64,000 nucleotides of DNA from the human T2T-CHM13v2.0 reference genome, Homo sapiens, in assembly GCF_009914755.1 (NCBI RefSeq), contig NC_060930.1; one strand, given 5' to 3'. Position 1 is the stretch's first letter. Every line of letters begins with the position of its first letter. Position numbers and translations under genes: made by a program. The notes under the pieces were generated by a model that worked only from the letters and a program-made list of their open reading frames with translations, was not told the DNA's origin and made no database searches. Positions 16,625 to 29,786 of this stretch are shown here, piece by piece.

Positions 16625-18441
16625 ATTCCTATATACCATTAACAGACAAACAGCCAAATCATGAGTGAACTCCCATTCACAATTGCTACAAAGAGACAAA
16701 AATACATAGGAATCCAACTTACAAGGGAAGCGAAGGACCTCTCCAAAAAGAACTACAAACCACTGCTCAAGGAAATAAAAGAGGACACAAACAAATGGAA
16801 GAATATTCCATGCTCAGGGATAGAAGAATCAATATCATGAAAATGGCCATATTGTCCAAAGTAATTTATAGATTCACTGCCATCCCCATCAAGCTACCAG
16901 TGACTTTCTTCACAGAATTGGAAAAAAAACTACTTTAAAGTTGATATGGAACCAAAAAAGAGCCCACATTGCCAAGACAATCCTAAGCAAAAAGAAAAAA
17001 GCTGAGGGCATCATGCCACCTGACTTCAAACTATACAACAAGACTACGTAACCAAAACAGCATAGTATTGATAGAAAACAGATATATAGACCAATGGAAC
17101 AGAACAGAGGCCTGAGAAATAACACCACACATCTACAACCATCTGATCTTTGATAAACCTGACAAAAACAAGAAATGGGGAAAGGATTCCCTATTTAATA
17201 AATGGTGCTGGGAAAACTGGATAGCCATATGCAGAGAACAAACTGGATCCCTTCCTTACACCTTATACAAAAATTAATTCAAGATGGATTAAAGACTTAC
17301 ATGTTAGATCTAAAACCATAAAAATCCTAGAAGAAAACCTAGGCATTACCATTCAGGACACAGGCATGGGCAAGCACTTCATGTCTAAAACACCAGAAGC
17401 AATGGCAACCAAAGCCAAAATAGATAAATGGGATCTAATTAAACTAAAGAGCTTCTGCACAGTAAAAGAAACTATCATCAGAGTGAACAGGCAACCTACA
17501 GAATGGAGAAAATTTTTGCAATCTACACATCTGACAAAGGGCTAATATCCAGAATCTACAAAGGACTTAAACAAATTTACAAGAAAAAAACAACTGCGTC
17601 AAAAAGTGGGTGAAGGATATGAACGGACACTTTAAAAGATGACATCTACGCATTCATCAGACACATGAAAAAATGCTCATCATCACTGGTCATCAGAGAA
17701 ATTCAAATCAAAACCACATTGAGATACCATCTCATGCCAGTCAGAAGGGTTATCATTAAAAAGTCAGGAAACAACAGATGCTGGAGAGGATATGGAGAAA
17801 TAGGAATGCTTTTTATACTGTTGGTGGGAGTGTAAATTAGTTCAACCATTCTGGAAGGCAGTCTGGAGATTCCTCAAGGATCTAGAACTAGAATTACCAT
17901 TTGACCCAGCAATCCCATTATTGGGTATATACCCAAAGGATTATAAATCATGCTGCTATAAAGACACATGCACACGTATGTTTATTGCAGCACTATTCAC
18001 AATAGCAAAGACTTGGAACCAACACAAATGTCCATCAATGATAGACTGGATTAAGAAAATGGGGCACATGTACACCATGGAATACTATGCAGCCATAAAA
18101 AAGGATGAGTTCATGTTCTTTGCAGGCACATGGATGAAGCTGGAAACCATCATTCTCAGCAAACTAAAACAAGGAGAGAAAACCAAACACTGCATATTCT
18201 CTCTCATAGGTGGGAATTGAACAATGAGATCACTTGGACACAAGGCAGGGAACATCACACACTGGGGCCTGTCGGTGGGGGGTGGGGGTGCTGGGGGAGG
18301 GATAGCATTAGGAGAAATACCTAATGTAAATGACGAGTTGATGGATGCAGGAAACCAACATGGCACATGTATACCTATGTATCAAACCTGCACGTTGTAC
18401 ACATGTATCCTAGAACTTAAAGTATAATAAAATAAATAAAT
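16625..18441 (+). mobile_element. 5'-truncated L1PA (L1PA6-like), ORF2 3' part plus 3' UTR
   Basis: 'GIYPKDYKSCCYKDTCTRMFIAALFTIAKTWNQ...' at 17921-18220, G-rich 3' UTR and (TAAA)n tail. TSD aaatatct(c/g)aggc at 16612-16624 and 18442-18454. Confidence 0.93.
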
Positions 18442-18451
18442 AAATATCTGA

Positions 18452-18773
<322 letters not shown>

Positions 18774-20051
18774 TTAATTGGTTCACAGTTCTGCAGGCTT
18801 TACAGGAAGCATGGTGCTGACATCTGCTTGGCTTCTAGGTAGGCCTCAGGAAGCTTACAATCATAGCAGAAGACAAAAGGAGAGTAGGCACATCACATGG
18901 TCAGATCAGGAGCAAGAGAGAGAATGAAAATGGAGGTGCCACACACTTTAAGATGACCAGATCACTAAAACTCATTACCACAAAGATATCACCAAGCCAT
19001 GGGGGATCTGCCTTCATGATTCAAATACCTCCCACCAGGCCCCCCCCTCCAGCACTGAGGTATATAATTCAACATGAGATTTTGGCGGGGACAAATATTC
19101 AAACTACATAACCACCTTAAGGGGAAAAATATTTGTTCTTCGAAGTTTCTACTTTATTCAAATGTGATGAAACTTTCACAATGGAAAACAGTTAAAAGAA
19201 GATGTTATAGTCCCCCATACACACCATGATAAATATCTTCCAAGACTTTTATGATCCTTAAATTCAAGTGTGAATAGCTTTTGCTACATATGATTTCCCA
19301 CTTTGAAGGTATTAAATTATAACTGAACAATGTAAGTGACTCAAATCCTTAATGATTTTATTTTAAAAATAATTTATAAAGCTTTTACAATAAATTCTAC
19401 CACCAAATAATTTCTAACCCACATTATCATTATTTCATCACTGTGCCAACATTAACCATAAACTGATCTATATTTCTAGTATCTACAAAAATCAACAAAG
19501 CAGTGATAATAAACATGTGGCTTGCCCTTATAAGGCAAAGATGGTGATGAAATAAATTATGCAGCAAATGGAGGCAAGTTGCATTAGTCACAGACATTCA
19601 TTTCAGGTCACTTTTCATGAAAAAAAATTAAAAGACTTCTCTATGCATAAACACAAATAAGGGGACAGCTCAAAACTGAATTGACATCTGGATAATGGAC
19701 AGTCAGCTAGGTTTACTCACAAACTGACTGGTTGTTACCCAGGACAGTTTTCTGTGTCAGCAGGTTAGCAATTTATTCAATTCTGTGAATCATCATTTCA
19801 CCTTAAACCTTGTGAAAACTATAAATATCCAAAATGTATTGCCTAGGATCTAAAAGACTTCTCGTATAGTCAGGAAACCAGATCTCTGGCTTAAAGTGTT
19901 TACACATTATTGTTTTAGTCACATGGAATAGTTTCACAATATTCTCAGGAATATGTAAATTAGATGAGAAAATGACATTTTAATGTGCTATGGATTTTCA
20001 TAATTGCATCATTTTAGCTATTCATGCCCTGAGATTTTAATTTTCAAAATA

Positions 20052-20184
20052 TTTTCATTTATACCCAATCTTTATTTCTGTTAATAAGAAGCATACTCTA
20101 TAAATGATCAATGAATAAAATCCATTGATGATATAAGCAACTTAGTTTAGCCACCTTCTCTTTTACTAAGTCTCTTAACACAAT
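20052..20184 (-). other. Candidate terminal exon of a minus-strand (probably non-coding) transcript
   Basis: Minus strand reads gactaacagttttctctttttgcag|ATTGTG (branch point, pyrimidine tract, AG at 20185-20186). AATAAA at 20071-20076(-). Confidence 0.4.
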
Positions 20185-20459
20185 CTGCAAAAAGAGAAAA
20201 CTGTTAGTCTTTATTACATTTTCTATTAACCTTTTAATAGAATTGCAGTAAGCATGAGCAAAAGCAAAATTTGTGGTATGAAACAAAATTGTTACTTATA
20301 CTTCACTAAACAGTGCCAGCATATGTTATAATTTCAGCATTAATTTAACAAGGTTAAATTTATAGGACAAATGTTAGAAATTCTCTAGGGTTTTCTAGGA
20401 AACTAACATTTCATGATGAGAAGGCTTGTTTAAGTTATTTTATTTTTTTGTTTAAGTTA

Positions 20460-21540
20460 TTTTATTTTTAATGTTTGTGGGTACATAGTTGTACATATTT
20501 ATGGCATACATGTGATATTTTGATACAGGCATATGTGTAATGACCAAATCAGGATAATCGGGATATCCATTACCTCAAACATATCATTTTTTTGTATTGA
20601 GAACATTCCAAATCTACTTCTCTAGTTCTTTGGAAATATACAATAGATTATTGTTAACTACAGTCACCCTACCAAACACTAGACCTTATTACTACTAACT
20701 ATATTTTTGTATCCATTAACCAACCCCGGTTTATCCTTCACTTACCACTAACCTTCTCAGCCTCTGGTGACTATCATTCTACTCTCGACTTCCATGAGAT
20801 TTTTTAGGTACCACATGAGTGAGAACATGTGATATTTCTTTCTATACCGTGCTCATTTCACTTAATGCCCTCTAGTCTCATTCATGTTGCTGCAAATGGC
20901 AAGAGTTCATTCTTTTGTGCAGTCACATAATATTCTATTGTGTGTGTATAAACATATATATGTATATTTATATGTATATGCATATATAAATACACACACA
21001 CACACGTTTTTTATCCATTCATTCATTAATGGATATTTGATTCCATGTCTTGGCTATTGTGGATAGTTCTGCAATAAACATGGGAGTGCAGATCTCTTTG
21101 ATATACTGATTTTCTTTCTTTTGAATATGTACCCAACAGTGGGATTGCTAGAGCACATAGTAGTTCTATTTTTAGTTTTTTGAGAAACTTCCATACTGTT
21201 TTCCACAGTGGCTGTACTAATTTACATTCCCACCAACAGTGTTGTATGAGTGTTTCCCCTTTTTATTTATTTTTTTTGCAACCTCTCCAGCATTTCTTAT
21301 TTTTTGTTTTTTTTATAAAAGCCATTTTAACTGCAGTGAGGTGATATCTCATATGGTTTGGGTATGCATTTCTCTAATGGTTATTGACGTTCAGCATTTT
21401 TTCACATACTTGTTGGTGATGTGTATGTCTTTTTTTGAAAAATGTTTATTCAGATCTTTTGCCCATTTGTTAATTATTTGTTTTGTTTTGCTATTTCAGA
21501 TGTGTTCCTTTTATCTTCTGGTTACTAATCCCTTGTTGAT
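20460..21540 (-). mobile_element. L1MA 3' portion
   Basis: Reverse-complement L1MA 3' end 'gtgggtacatagttgtacatatttatgg...gatattttgatacaggcat' continuing into the ORF2 end. Confidence 0.88.
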
Positions 21541-22074
21541 TTGTTAGACCTTGTCCCTTGAGTCTTAGAGCTTTCATAATCCAAAGAGACCACTTATTTC
21601 AACAACCAAATTTTTTTCAACATAAGCACATTAATTAGAAAATACTTCTACAGATATAAAAGAAAAATACATTAGCATCCAGTATAGTCTTTTAATTATG
21701 TAAAGTATTTTACCATCTTTAATATAACCATAAAAAAACAGAAAATTCATTTTAAGGATATATATAAGCCAAGACACACATGGTGGGATAATTTTCTAAA
21801 TAATCTCTTTTATACATTTTCTAACATTGGCTCATTTTAAAACATGTGTATTGTTTTAAGAAATATTTTTTCATTTTGTATCTTGTATCCGAATGGAGGG
21901 AATACGCTCCTTGATAGACACTACTCTGCATATCTTAATCCTGTGGTTTCCAACTCCCAGTAAACCTCACAAAAGTGGAGATGCTAAATTTTTGCTATTG
22001 TACACATTTATACTCATTTCTTTGATATCCACTCCACTGTCCTTCTCTATTACAGGCAGTTTGGAAATATAAAA

Positions 22075-22230
22075 AATATATATATATTTAATATATAAAT
22101 TTACATATTTATTTATATTTATATATATTTATATATAAATATAAAAATATAAAAATACACAGAACAGGATGTGTGTGTGTGTGAGAGAGAGAGAGAGATA
22201 GGGTGTGAATGTGTGTGCATGTGTGTATTT
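22075..22230. repeat. AT-rich low complexity, then (TG)n(AG)n microsatellite
   Basis: Direct reading. Confidence 0.85.
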
Positions 22231-22640
22231 GTGAAAGAGAAAGAACAATTTCCTCAGGCTATATTATTTAAAAACGCAAACACTAGTTTTTTTGCATTAA
22301 AAGTGAATATTTTTCTAATTTCCCCTGGAGAAAAAATATGTAAGAATTCCTGTGGTCATTTTAATAGTTTCTTTGGTGTTTGTGTCACTAGATCCTCTCA
22401 ATACTGAAAGGCAAGGTTTACTGAACCTTAAGTTTTCTTTTTTGAAAACTTAAAATTGTACCATCAAGTAATTTATTTAGCAACCATGAGTTGCCTGTCT
22501 TATACAACAAAAGCACACTTCTCAAGTAGAAATTATCTGCAGGATACATTGAAAGAGATAATGGACTTTTTGTTTTCATCCTGTTTCCTAAGTATCTTCA
22601 AGTCAATGGGTTAAAATATTAACAGTTACTACTTCTGGGC

Positions 22641-22874
22641 TGTTTTTCACACAAAGGCAAGGATCATGGATTTTTCTCCATTATTGTAAACCCAGCGTCC
22701 TGCACAGCATCCAAAACATGGTAGTTCCTCAGCAGCTGTTTGTTAAATAGATCTCCACCAAAGTTCATTTCAAAGCAAATATTTGTCAGTATTTTTCCCC
22801 CTTTTCCTGTTTGTGCTCTAATTGGAGGGCTGGAGTGACACTGCAGATATACATTTGGAACATTAAATTTGCCA
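22641..22874. repeat. Inverted repeat, left arm (234 bp)
   Basis: Reverse complement of 24450-24683 with 3 substitutions and no indels by my manual alignment. Confidence 0.97.
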
Positions 22875-22902
22875 TGCACTGTGCTAGGAGCTTTACACAC
22901 CT

Positions 22903-23063
22903 CAGTGGATCTCAGATGTTTGTGGGTATAAGAACATCTGTAAGAGCTTGTTAAAAATAAAGAGTCCTAGCCCCCTCCCCCAGAGATGACTTGATAGATG
23001 GGGGCCAGGAAATATCTCAAAAGCCCCTAGGTAATTCAAATGCTGTACATTTTCAGAAATCCT
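22903..23063. mobile_element. MER5-type hAT-Charlie MITE
   Basis: 'cagtggatctca...gagcttgttaaaaata...cccctccccagagat...ccctaggtaattc...ttcagaaatcctg'. Confidence 0.65.
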
Positions 23064-24449
23064 GCCAATTATGATTGAAAATTGGAGTAAAGGGGTTTTA
23101 GAAGCAGAAGGGTGCTTCCAAACTTAGGCAGACAGAAGTCAAATAAAGGATTTATAGTAATAGTATATTCAGAGAGTCAGTTGTTTAAATCCTGGTTCCT
23201 TTGACCCATGATCAGGAACTCAAGCCCAGGGACTTAAGACTTGTGATGGGATTCAGTTTTCCAGAGAAGCTCTTAGAAAATCACTGTCTTCTCTATTTTC
23301 AGTAATGGGTGAACTTGACTTGAATCCCCTTTTTTCTGTAGAGATGAGCTAGTATTTGATACTTTTCACTCTGAACCACCGGCTTCTTAAGTCAATGACA
23401 CAACTGCTGCAACAGCACTTTCAGAAACTAAAAAGGCAAGTGAGAAAGTAATTTCAGAGGCAACCTATTTGGCTCACCTTGCATTATTGAGCTGGAGACT
23501 AGGGGCTCTGAAACAAAGGGCAGAGACCTGGCAGCATCCACAAAAGTGTCTGCTGTGGCTGTCCAGGCCATAGACCAAAGAGAATCTGATGCATCACAGC
23601 TTATCTGGAGCAAGGACAAAATGCCTTAAGTCAGATCCAAAGCTCTGCTCTTTCAATTAATCAAAAGTAAATATTAAATCACAAATGCAGACCAACCTTG
23701 TGGTCTGTGCATGAAGATAAATTGTTTACTCCCATAAACTCAAAGTCTTTGGAGGGAAGAGGGGGAGGCAGACAACTTCTCTATTAAATCATATTATTTA
23801 AGGCATTCTTTGCCTCATTAATAAAATTGTGTGGCAAGATCTTCCACTGTCATGACTAATGTTATTAAGGCTCATCTATGTTTGCTAAAACGCATTTGAA
23901 AAATAAAAGTAGTTGCCAATGTTTTGAAGCTACTGGAGTGAAACACAAAATAAAACAAAAACACTTACCAAAAGAACCTGCAAACCTATTTACCTACTAG
24001 CAGTCTTGCTTGCACAGTTATATGCTTCACAAGCCTCTATTTCATTAAAATCATTTCTTCTTGAAATTCTGCTATAAAACATGCATCAGTCGCCTGCCTC
24101 AGTCTCAGTAACCTGTCCTTGCCCAGCACTTTCTTCAACCATAACCACAGGAAAACGTAGCACATCATCCATCTTGCTGAAGTGGGAGACAGGTCACATC
24201 TTCCCCGACCCCTCCATCCCTTTTAGTAAAGTGCTGACTTCTGATGCAAACTGAAAAGCCTCCCTGTGGGCTAACAGAAGGAGGAGAGCTTTTTTCACTC
24301 CTATGAAGCACCCAGTCTCCCCAGCATGCCACCAAGCATGGCCTTGACCATTGCATCTATAATTTGACTAACAAAGAGCTAGTCAAAAGTAACAGAAACC
24401 TCTCAACTGGGATTTATAGGCTTGTAAGCACTGGAATTGTTATATTCCC

Positions 24450-24683
24450 TGGCAAATTTAATGTTCCAAATGTATATCTGCAGTGTCACTCCAGCCCTCC
24501 AATTAGAGCACAAACAGGAAAAGGGGGAAAAATACTGACAAATATTTGCTTTGAAATGAACTTTGGTGGAGATCTATTTAACGAACAGCTGCTGAGGAAC
24601 TACCATGTTTTGGATGCTGTGCAGGGCACTGGGTTTACAATAATGGAGAAAAATCCATGATCCTTGCCTTTGTGTGAAAAACA
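24450..24683. repeat. Inverted repeat, right arm (234 bp)
   Basis: Partner of 22641-22874. The same peptide string appears in ORFs 22664-22900(-) and 24364-24660(+). Confidence 0.97.
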
Positions 24684-25215
24684 AGCACAGAACAAATAAT
24701 TACTAGTTATATGTGGTGTGATAAGCCCTCTGATGATTAAAAAAAGAAGGAACGTTGAGAAGTCATTAGACCAACCTACTCAAATTGTATGGAGAAGGAT
24801 GGCCTCTCTGTAGAGAGAATATTTGAACAAAGGCCTGCTGAGTAATAAACCAAAGAAAATGAGGGAAAGAGCATTTCAGGCCAAGTGAATAGCATGTGGG
24901 AAAGAGCTTGAACTAAAATAAAATTAAAGACCAGCATGGCTGGAAAATAATAATGGGCAAGTTAAAGAGATGCAGGGGCTGAGGTGATCAAGTTGGAAAA
25001 GGGCTAGATCGCGTAGGACTTCTAGGACTTTCCATTTCATTTGAGGCACAGTATGAGCCCTTGCAGGATTTTAGGAAGAGGAGTGGCATAACATGAACTG
25101 CATTCTTTAAAGGCCACATGACTGAACATGTGGAAGGAGCCAGAATGGAAGCAAGAGACAAATATTAAAGGCACATAAATGTGGCAGATAGGGTGATGTG
25201 ATAGAAATTGATGTA
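24576..25215 (-). mobile_element. L2 3' region
   Basis: Degenerate L2 reverse-complement motifs ('gctgtgcagggcactggg', 'tccttgcct', 'gggaaagagcatttcaggccaagtgaatagcatgtg'). Confidence 0.7.
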
Positions 25216-25239
25216 AGAGAGACAGAACGCTGGAGAAAT

Positions 25240-26240
25240 GCAATTGAAAACGAAATCTCCTCCAAACCCAAACACTTCTCCACAAAGGTAGAAAACAATT
25301 TTAATGTTCAATAAGTATCAAACCAGACTGCAATGCACATTATAGGCAGACTGCTAAGAGATTTCAAACTGGAAAGTAATCTCACCCTTTTATATAGCCA
25401 AGCCCATTCAACCTGTTACATGCCTATTCTTAAGGTAAGCAACAACTACAGACAGTCCCCAACTTATGAGTTTGTGACTTTCCAATGGTATAATACGGAT
25501 ACATTAGAGACCATATGTCAAGTACTCATATAACCATTCTATTTTTCACTTTCAATACAGTGTCCAATAAGTTACATTAGAAATTCAATACTTTATTATG
25601 CTTTATGTTAGATGACTCTGCCCAACTGTAAGATAATAAAAGTGTTCTGAGCACGTTTAAGGTGGGCTTGACTAAGCTATGATGTTTGGTAGATTAGATG
25701 TATTAAATGCATTTTAACATAATATTTTCAGCTTACAATGAGCTTATCAGAACATAACCGGATCATAAAACGAGGAGCATCTATAGTCCTTAAGTGGACT
25801 TCACAGCATCATTTATTACAGATAGTTCATCCTAGATTCACCTGGTAATTAGGGTGGCCATCTGTGTTTGCTAATCAGCTTTATCAAAAGGAGATTTTTA
25901 ACTTCTCAGATCTTTATGAAAGGAAGTAGCTTTGTAACTCGGAGTAAGGTACTCCTATCCTCCCACAGAGACTGGGAGATAAAGATGCAATCTCTCTGGA
26001 TATTTACATTTCAAGGAGATGATCTCAGGTCCTTGAAAAAGACATTCCGGGGTCTTAAAGCTGATAAGAGACTATTCAGCTTTTTAAAAGGTTTACACAC
26101 ATTTCAAAGAGATAGAGAAATAACTTATAATTACAATTTTCTTAAGTAAATAATCTAAGAAAGGGAAGGGGGGAATGGTCTCTTCCCTTATTTTCAACAG
26201 GGAGAGTTAAATCTCTTGTTTTTAATTTTTATTTGCTCTT
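25240..26240 (-). mobile_element. ERV1-type solo LTR (subfamily uncertain), interrupted by MER47A
   Basis: 'ccacagagactgggagata...ttacatttcaag...aggtccttgaaaaagacattcc' resembles MER34/MER67-group LTRs. Confidence 0.5.
25449..25783 (-). mobile_element. MER47A (Tigger-type MITE)
   Basis: Termini 'cagacagtccccaactta' and 'cgaggagcatct', TA on both sides, internal 'gtgttctgagcacgtttaaggt...ctaagctatgatgtt'. Confidence 0.82.
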
Positions 26241-26649
26241 TTTCAAGAGATAGATAAATGGATTTGAGACTACTGTACATTGGGTTATATGTGAAGATTG
26301 GAGGAGGAGAAACTAAAATGATGACCAGTTTGAGCAATTACATCAGTTAAACTGAAAACAGCTGTTCTAAAAAACATAAGGGCATGCCTGTAGGTTTGTC
26401 GTGAATGTCCACGTGAATGTAATGAAAATTATGTTAAGAAAATGCAGCATCACCAAAAATATTGTTTCACAAAGTTGTTCCCTAATAGCATTTAATGTCA
26501 ACAAACAGAAGTGCCAAGCTTAGCAATTATGCAGGCAGCCAGCCCCCAAGCAGAGCAGTCACACATTTGCAGAGATGTGGGCACATCAGAGGGTCTATTG
26601 CTAAAGCAGACAAAGGACTTGTTCCAGCTATTAAACAATGTTCTCCCTC

Positions 26650-27198
26650 CAACAAACCTAGTCCTCTGCACTCTGCTGTGTGATGCTGGGGCCATGGCTT
26701 ACCAAATTCCACTGATCCTTTGACAAGGAGGCTTCCTGTTAGGTTCTGCCACCATAAAGGTACTAGAGAGGGGACTGCAAGGCTGAAGGAGGAACTGAAA
26801 TACTCCTTTTTGCTTTGCTTCCTGTTCTTCTCAAATAGCCTGAGCAAGGCCCCTTCAACCTGGCAGGGGCAGTTAATTTCAATCTTCAACTTCTTTTCCA
26901 TATTCCCAAACAGTCTCACTGAGCCTCTTCCAAGGTAATAGCAGCAAGACAGTGACTCCGCCTCAGAGGTCTGAGTCCCAGTATACTAGGGCCCCACCTT
27001 TAAGCTTCTAGATTCCTACAACCCAACCCCTTCTCTCTATTCCCCCAACATTAGCGATGGCAGCCACTTGCTTTAGTTATTTATTATCTGTGTTTCCTAA
27101 GTGTCTTCTCTGATTTTTCAGTACTCCAACACTTAGCCAATTTCCCACCTTAATTTCTCTGTCAAAATATCTAGTATGAGTTTTGTTTCACTGACACA
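26650..27198 (+). mobile_element. LTR33-like ERVL solo LTR
   Basis: 'tgtgatgctggggc...ggcttcctgttaggttctgcca' and 3' end 'aatttctctgtcaaaatatctagt...tgtttcactgacaca'. Confidence 0.7.
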
Positions 27199-28401
27199 AT
27201 GGGTGACTCCTGTCAATCATAGAAGTGATGTAGTGTCCTTGAACTCTGTCTTTAAAAGCTTAGTTTTGATGATCTCATCTTGTAAGAATAAAATAACAAA
27301 ATATTTAGGTACTCCAACAAAATACATTTATTAAATTTATGAAGAAATAGCATTGCCTCATTGCACTGTAAGAAGAAATAAATGAGCGAATCTATGTAAT
27401 GTCTAGAAGTTAAAAAGTAGTCACTAAGTGTTAAGCAATATTATTACTATTATAATTACTATTGCTATAGTTGAACTGAGTTCACAGGAAGTTAAAACTG
27501 TCTCTCATAGAGGGGCAGTTTATTCCAAACTCTTCCTCCTCAAAGGATTCAATCAAATAAGTATTCATAGCATTCATTGACATAGGTGTAATTTGGGCAA
27601 AAAAAAAGAGAAAGGAACTATAGCATTATCTTCCTTCTTCCACCCTGTTTTTTCCCTATATTGCATTAGAAAAACTGAAAGTTGTGGCTGAAGATGGAGT
27701 GGATTTCACAGACAAGGAAAGCAAAGCTTTGAGAGCTTAAATAGTATGCAGCCAGGATTTCAAGTCAAGTCTACTGCCAGTAGACCTCGTCTGAGGCTCC
27801 TTAGTTTTCAGGGCCTCAGCAGACAGGCTTCCTCCTGCCTAGGGATTTCTGGAGATACTGCTCTCCATATTCCCCATGGAGTTACGGTCTCTGTATTTTC
27901 AGGTCTCTCCTGGAAGATGGAAACCTGTATTGATAGAGATTTTATCTTGTTCACTGTAGTTTTCCCCCAAACCTCATACTACACCTAGCACATAGCAGAC
28001 ACAATAAATATTTAATGGATGAATTAATTATGCATCTTTAAAACTTTGCTTCCATGGTTACTTATCTCAGCATTTTAAGTATTTTATTATTCCCCTGTAT
28101 TATTCAACTACGGCTAATTCAAACTTCAAAAGAATAATTTAGGACTATCTAGTGTTCAAGTTCTCTGTCCAGGAAGGAGAAATGCACTGCATGAAACTAA
28201 ACAAGACTTAAAAATTGTGTTTAAGATATCACCTGGCATGTTTCATCTGGAGAAATCTCATCATTAGCTTACTTTCAGGTATTTTCCCAGTGCAGATGAA
28301 GTAAGGGCATACTATTCTCATTGTTTAAAATACAGTGGATGTGAGAAATGAAAAAGACACTTTACAAACTCCTCACTGTTGGTTGGCAACTAAACACAGC
28401 A

Positions 28402-28640
28402 AGAGGGAGTGTGATGTGGTGGCAACAGCCTGGAGTTTGGAGGCTGACTACTTTGGTGAAAATCCTGGCTCTCTTCCTCCTAGTAACTGCCTGGCCTTGA
28501 GAAAGTTACTATACTCTTCTGTGCCTCAGTTTCTTCAACTCTACAATAATAGTATCTATCTCATAGGATTATTGATTAAATGAGTTAACATATATAAAGC
28601 AATTACAACAGTATCTGGCACATACCCAGTGCTTACTATT
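28402..28640 (+). mobile_element. MIR, near full length
   Basis: 'aatcctggctct...ccttgagaaagttact...ctgtgcctcagtttc...tcataggattattgattaaatgagttaa'. Confidence 0.85.
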
Positions 28641-28756
28641 TCTATCTAGAAGAGGTAACAAAATAGTTCATTAGTATCTACTACAAAATCATTTAGACAC
28701 TTTGTGACTGAAGTAAAAAGAGATATGTTTTGGAAATTAACCAACATTTGAAATCT

Positions 28757-28805
28757 CCACTGCACTCCAGCCTGGCAACAAAGTGAGACCCCGTCTCAAA
28801 AAAAA
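28757..28805 (+). mobile_element. Alu 3' end fragment
   Basis: 'ccactgcactccagcctggcaacaaagtgagaccccgtctcaaaaaaaa'. Confidence 0.85.
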
Positions 28806-29119
28806 TGTAGATGATCATATTTACCTTGAAGCATCATTGTGAGTCACAGAAATAAGGCATATAAACCCCAAGCCTAGTTTTTAGGAGGTGCTGAATAAGC
28901 AGCAGCTATTATTAGCAAAGATGAGCTTTTCAGCTAGCTGAGAAGAACATGTGGGAACCTGTGAGAATAGGAGGAAAGGTAAGATGCGGTCACTGGATAC
29001 AGTGGCATAGACATGGCTGAAACTCAGGTCTGAGCTGAAGATGGGGATTGGACAGGGCAGTTGCAGTCAACACACAGTGGAATGAAAGTTATGGTGACCT
29101 TGGGAGAACAGGTTCCAAT

Positions 29120-29786
29120 CAGGGCCACTACACATCGTTTGCAGGGCTCATTGCAAAATAAATTTGCCAGTAGCCAGAGATGGGGAAATTGCCCCTTTTC
29201 ATACCCCAACCCATAGAGGATGGGTAACCTCCAAGTAATTGCAATATCTTTGCATGGATGCACTAGGTACCTGCGCCCAAAGTCAGCAATAGGCCCTGCC
29301 AAGTCATCCCTCACCCCACAACTCACCATGGTGCTGCTATTTCGGGGCAACAAGATGGTTGCCTTTCCAGAGGATCATTAGGGAGAGAGGACAGCAACAA
29401 ATGTAGCACCCCCACCAACACCTTACTCCTCACCCCCACCCCCAAGCTTTAACAGACCTGGCCGCTGCCTGAGGCAGAGGGTAACAGTAGTCCCTTGGTA
29501 GGGTCAGGGAACCAGCTATTCAGAACCCCTCCCAGCAAGGTGGGAAGACTCTAGGAGGTGACCTCACATGGGAGTCAAAAACACCAAGCCCCCAAAACAT
29601 AATCATTGTGGAAAACAGAAGCCATTGCCCCATCAGACTGTACTTACAATGCACCATTCAAATACAAAATTATTGTATGAAGAATTTCAAGATTGCCATG
29701 GCAAATCATCAGACCCCAAGCATGGGGAATCCGTTTTTGAGATGCGAAGCAGTCTACCTTGGTCCCACACCCATGAGGCTGGCCTG
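29120..29786 (-). mobile_element. MER45-family hAT-Tip100 element, within a degenerate L2 (~29040-30110)
   Basis: Minus strand starts 'caggccagcctcatgggtgtg...tcttgaaattctt' and ends 'ttttgcaatgagccctgcaaacgatgtgtagtggccctg', matching MER45 termini. Confidence 0.7.

Noticed and set aside
18274-18301. G-quadruplex-capable G-rich tract
   Set aside because: Standard feature of L1PA 3' UTRs.
20426-20469. 22-bp tandem duplication ttgtttaagttattttattttt
   Set aside because: Simple slippage at an L1 tail.
22664-24660. Two near-identical ORFs on opposite strands suggesting a duplicated small gene
   Set aside because: A by-product of the inverted repeat, with non-ATG starts and partly L2-derived sequence.
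29310-29370. Minus-strand gcaccATG|gtgagt resembling a first coding exon, and the 109-aa ORF 29024-29353
   Set aside because: Inside a MER45-family element, with no CpG island or downstream coding exons.
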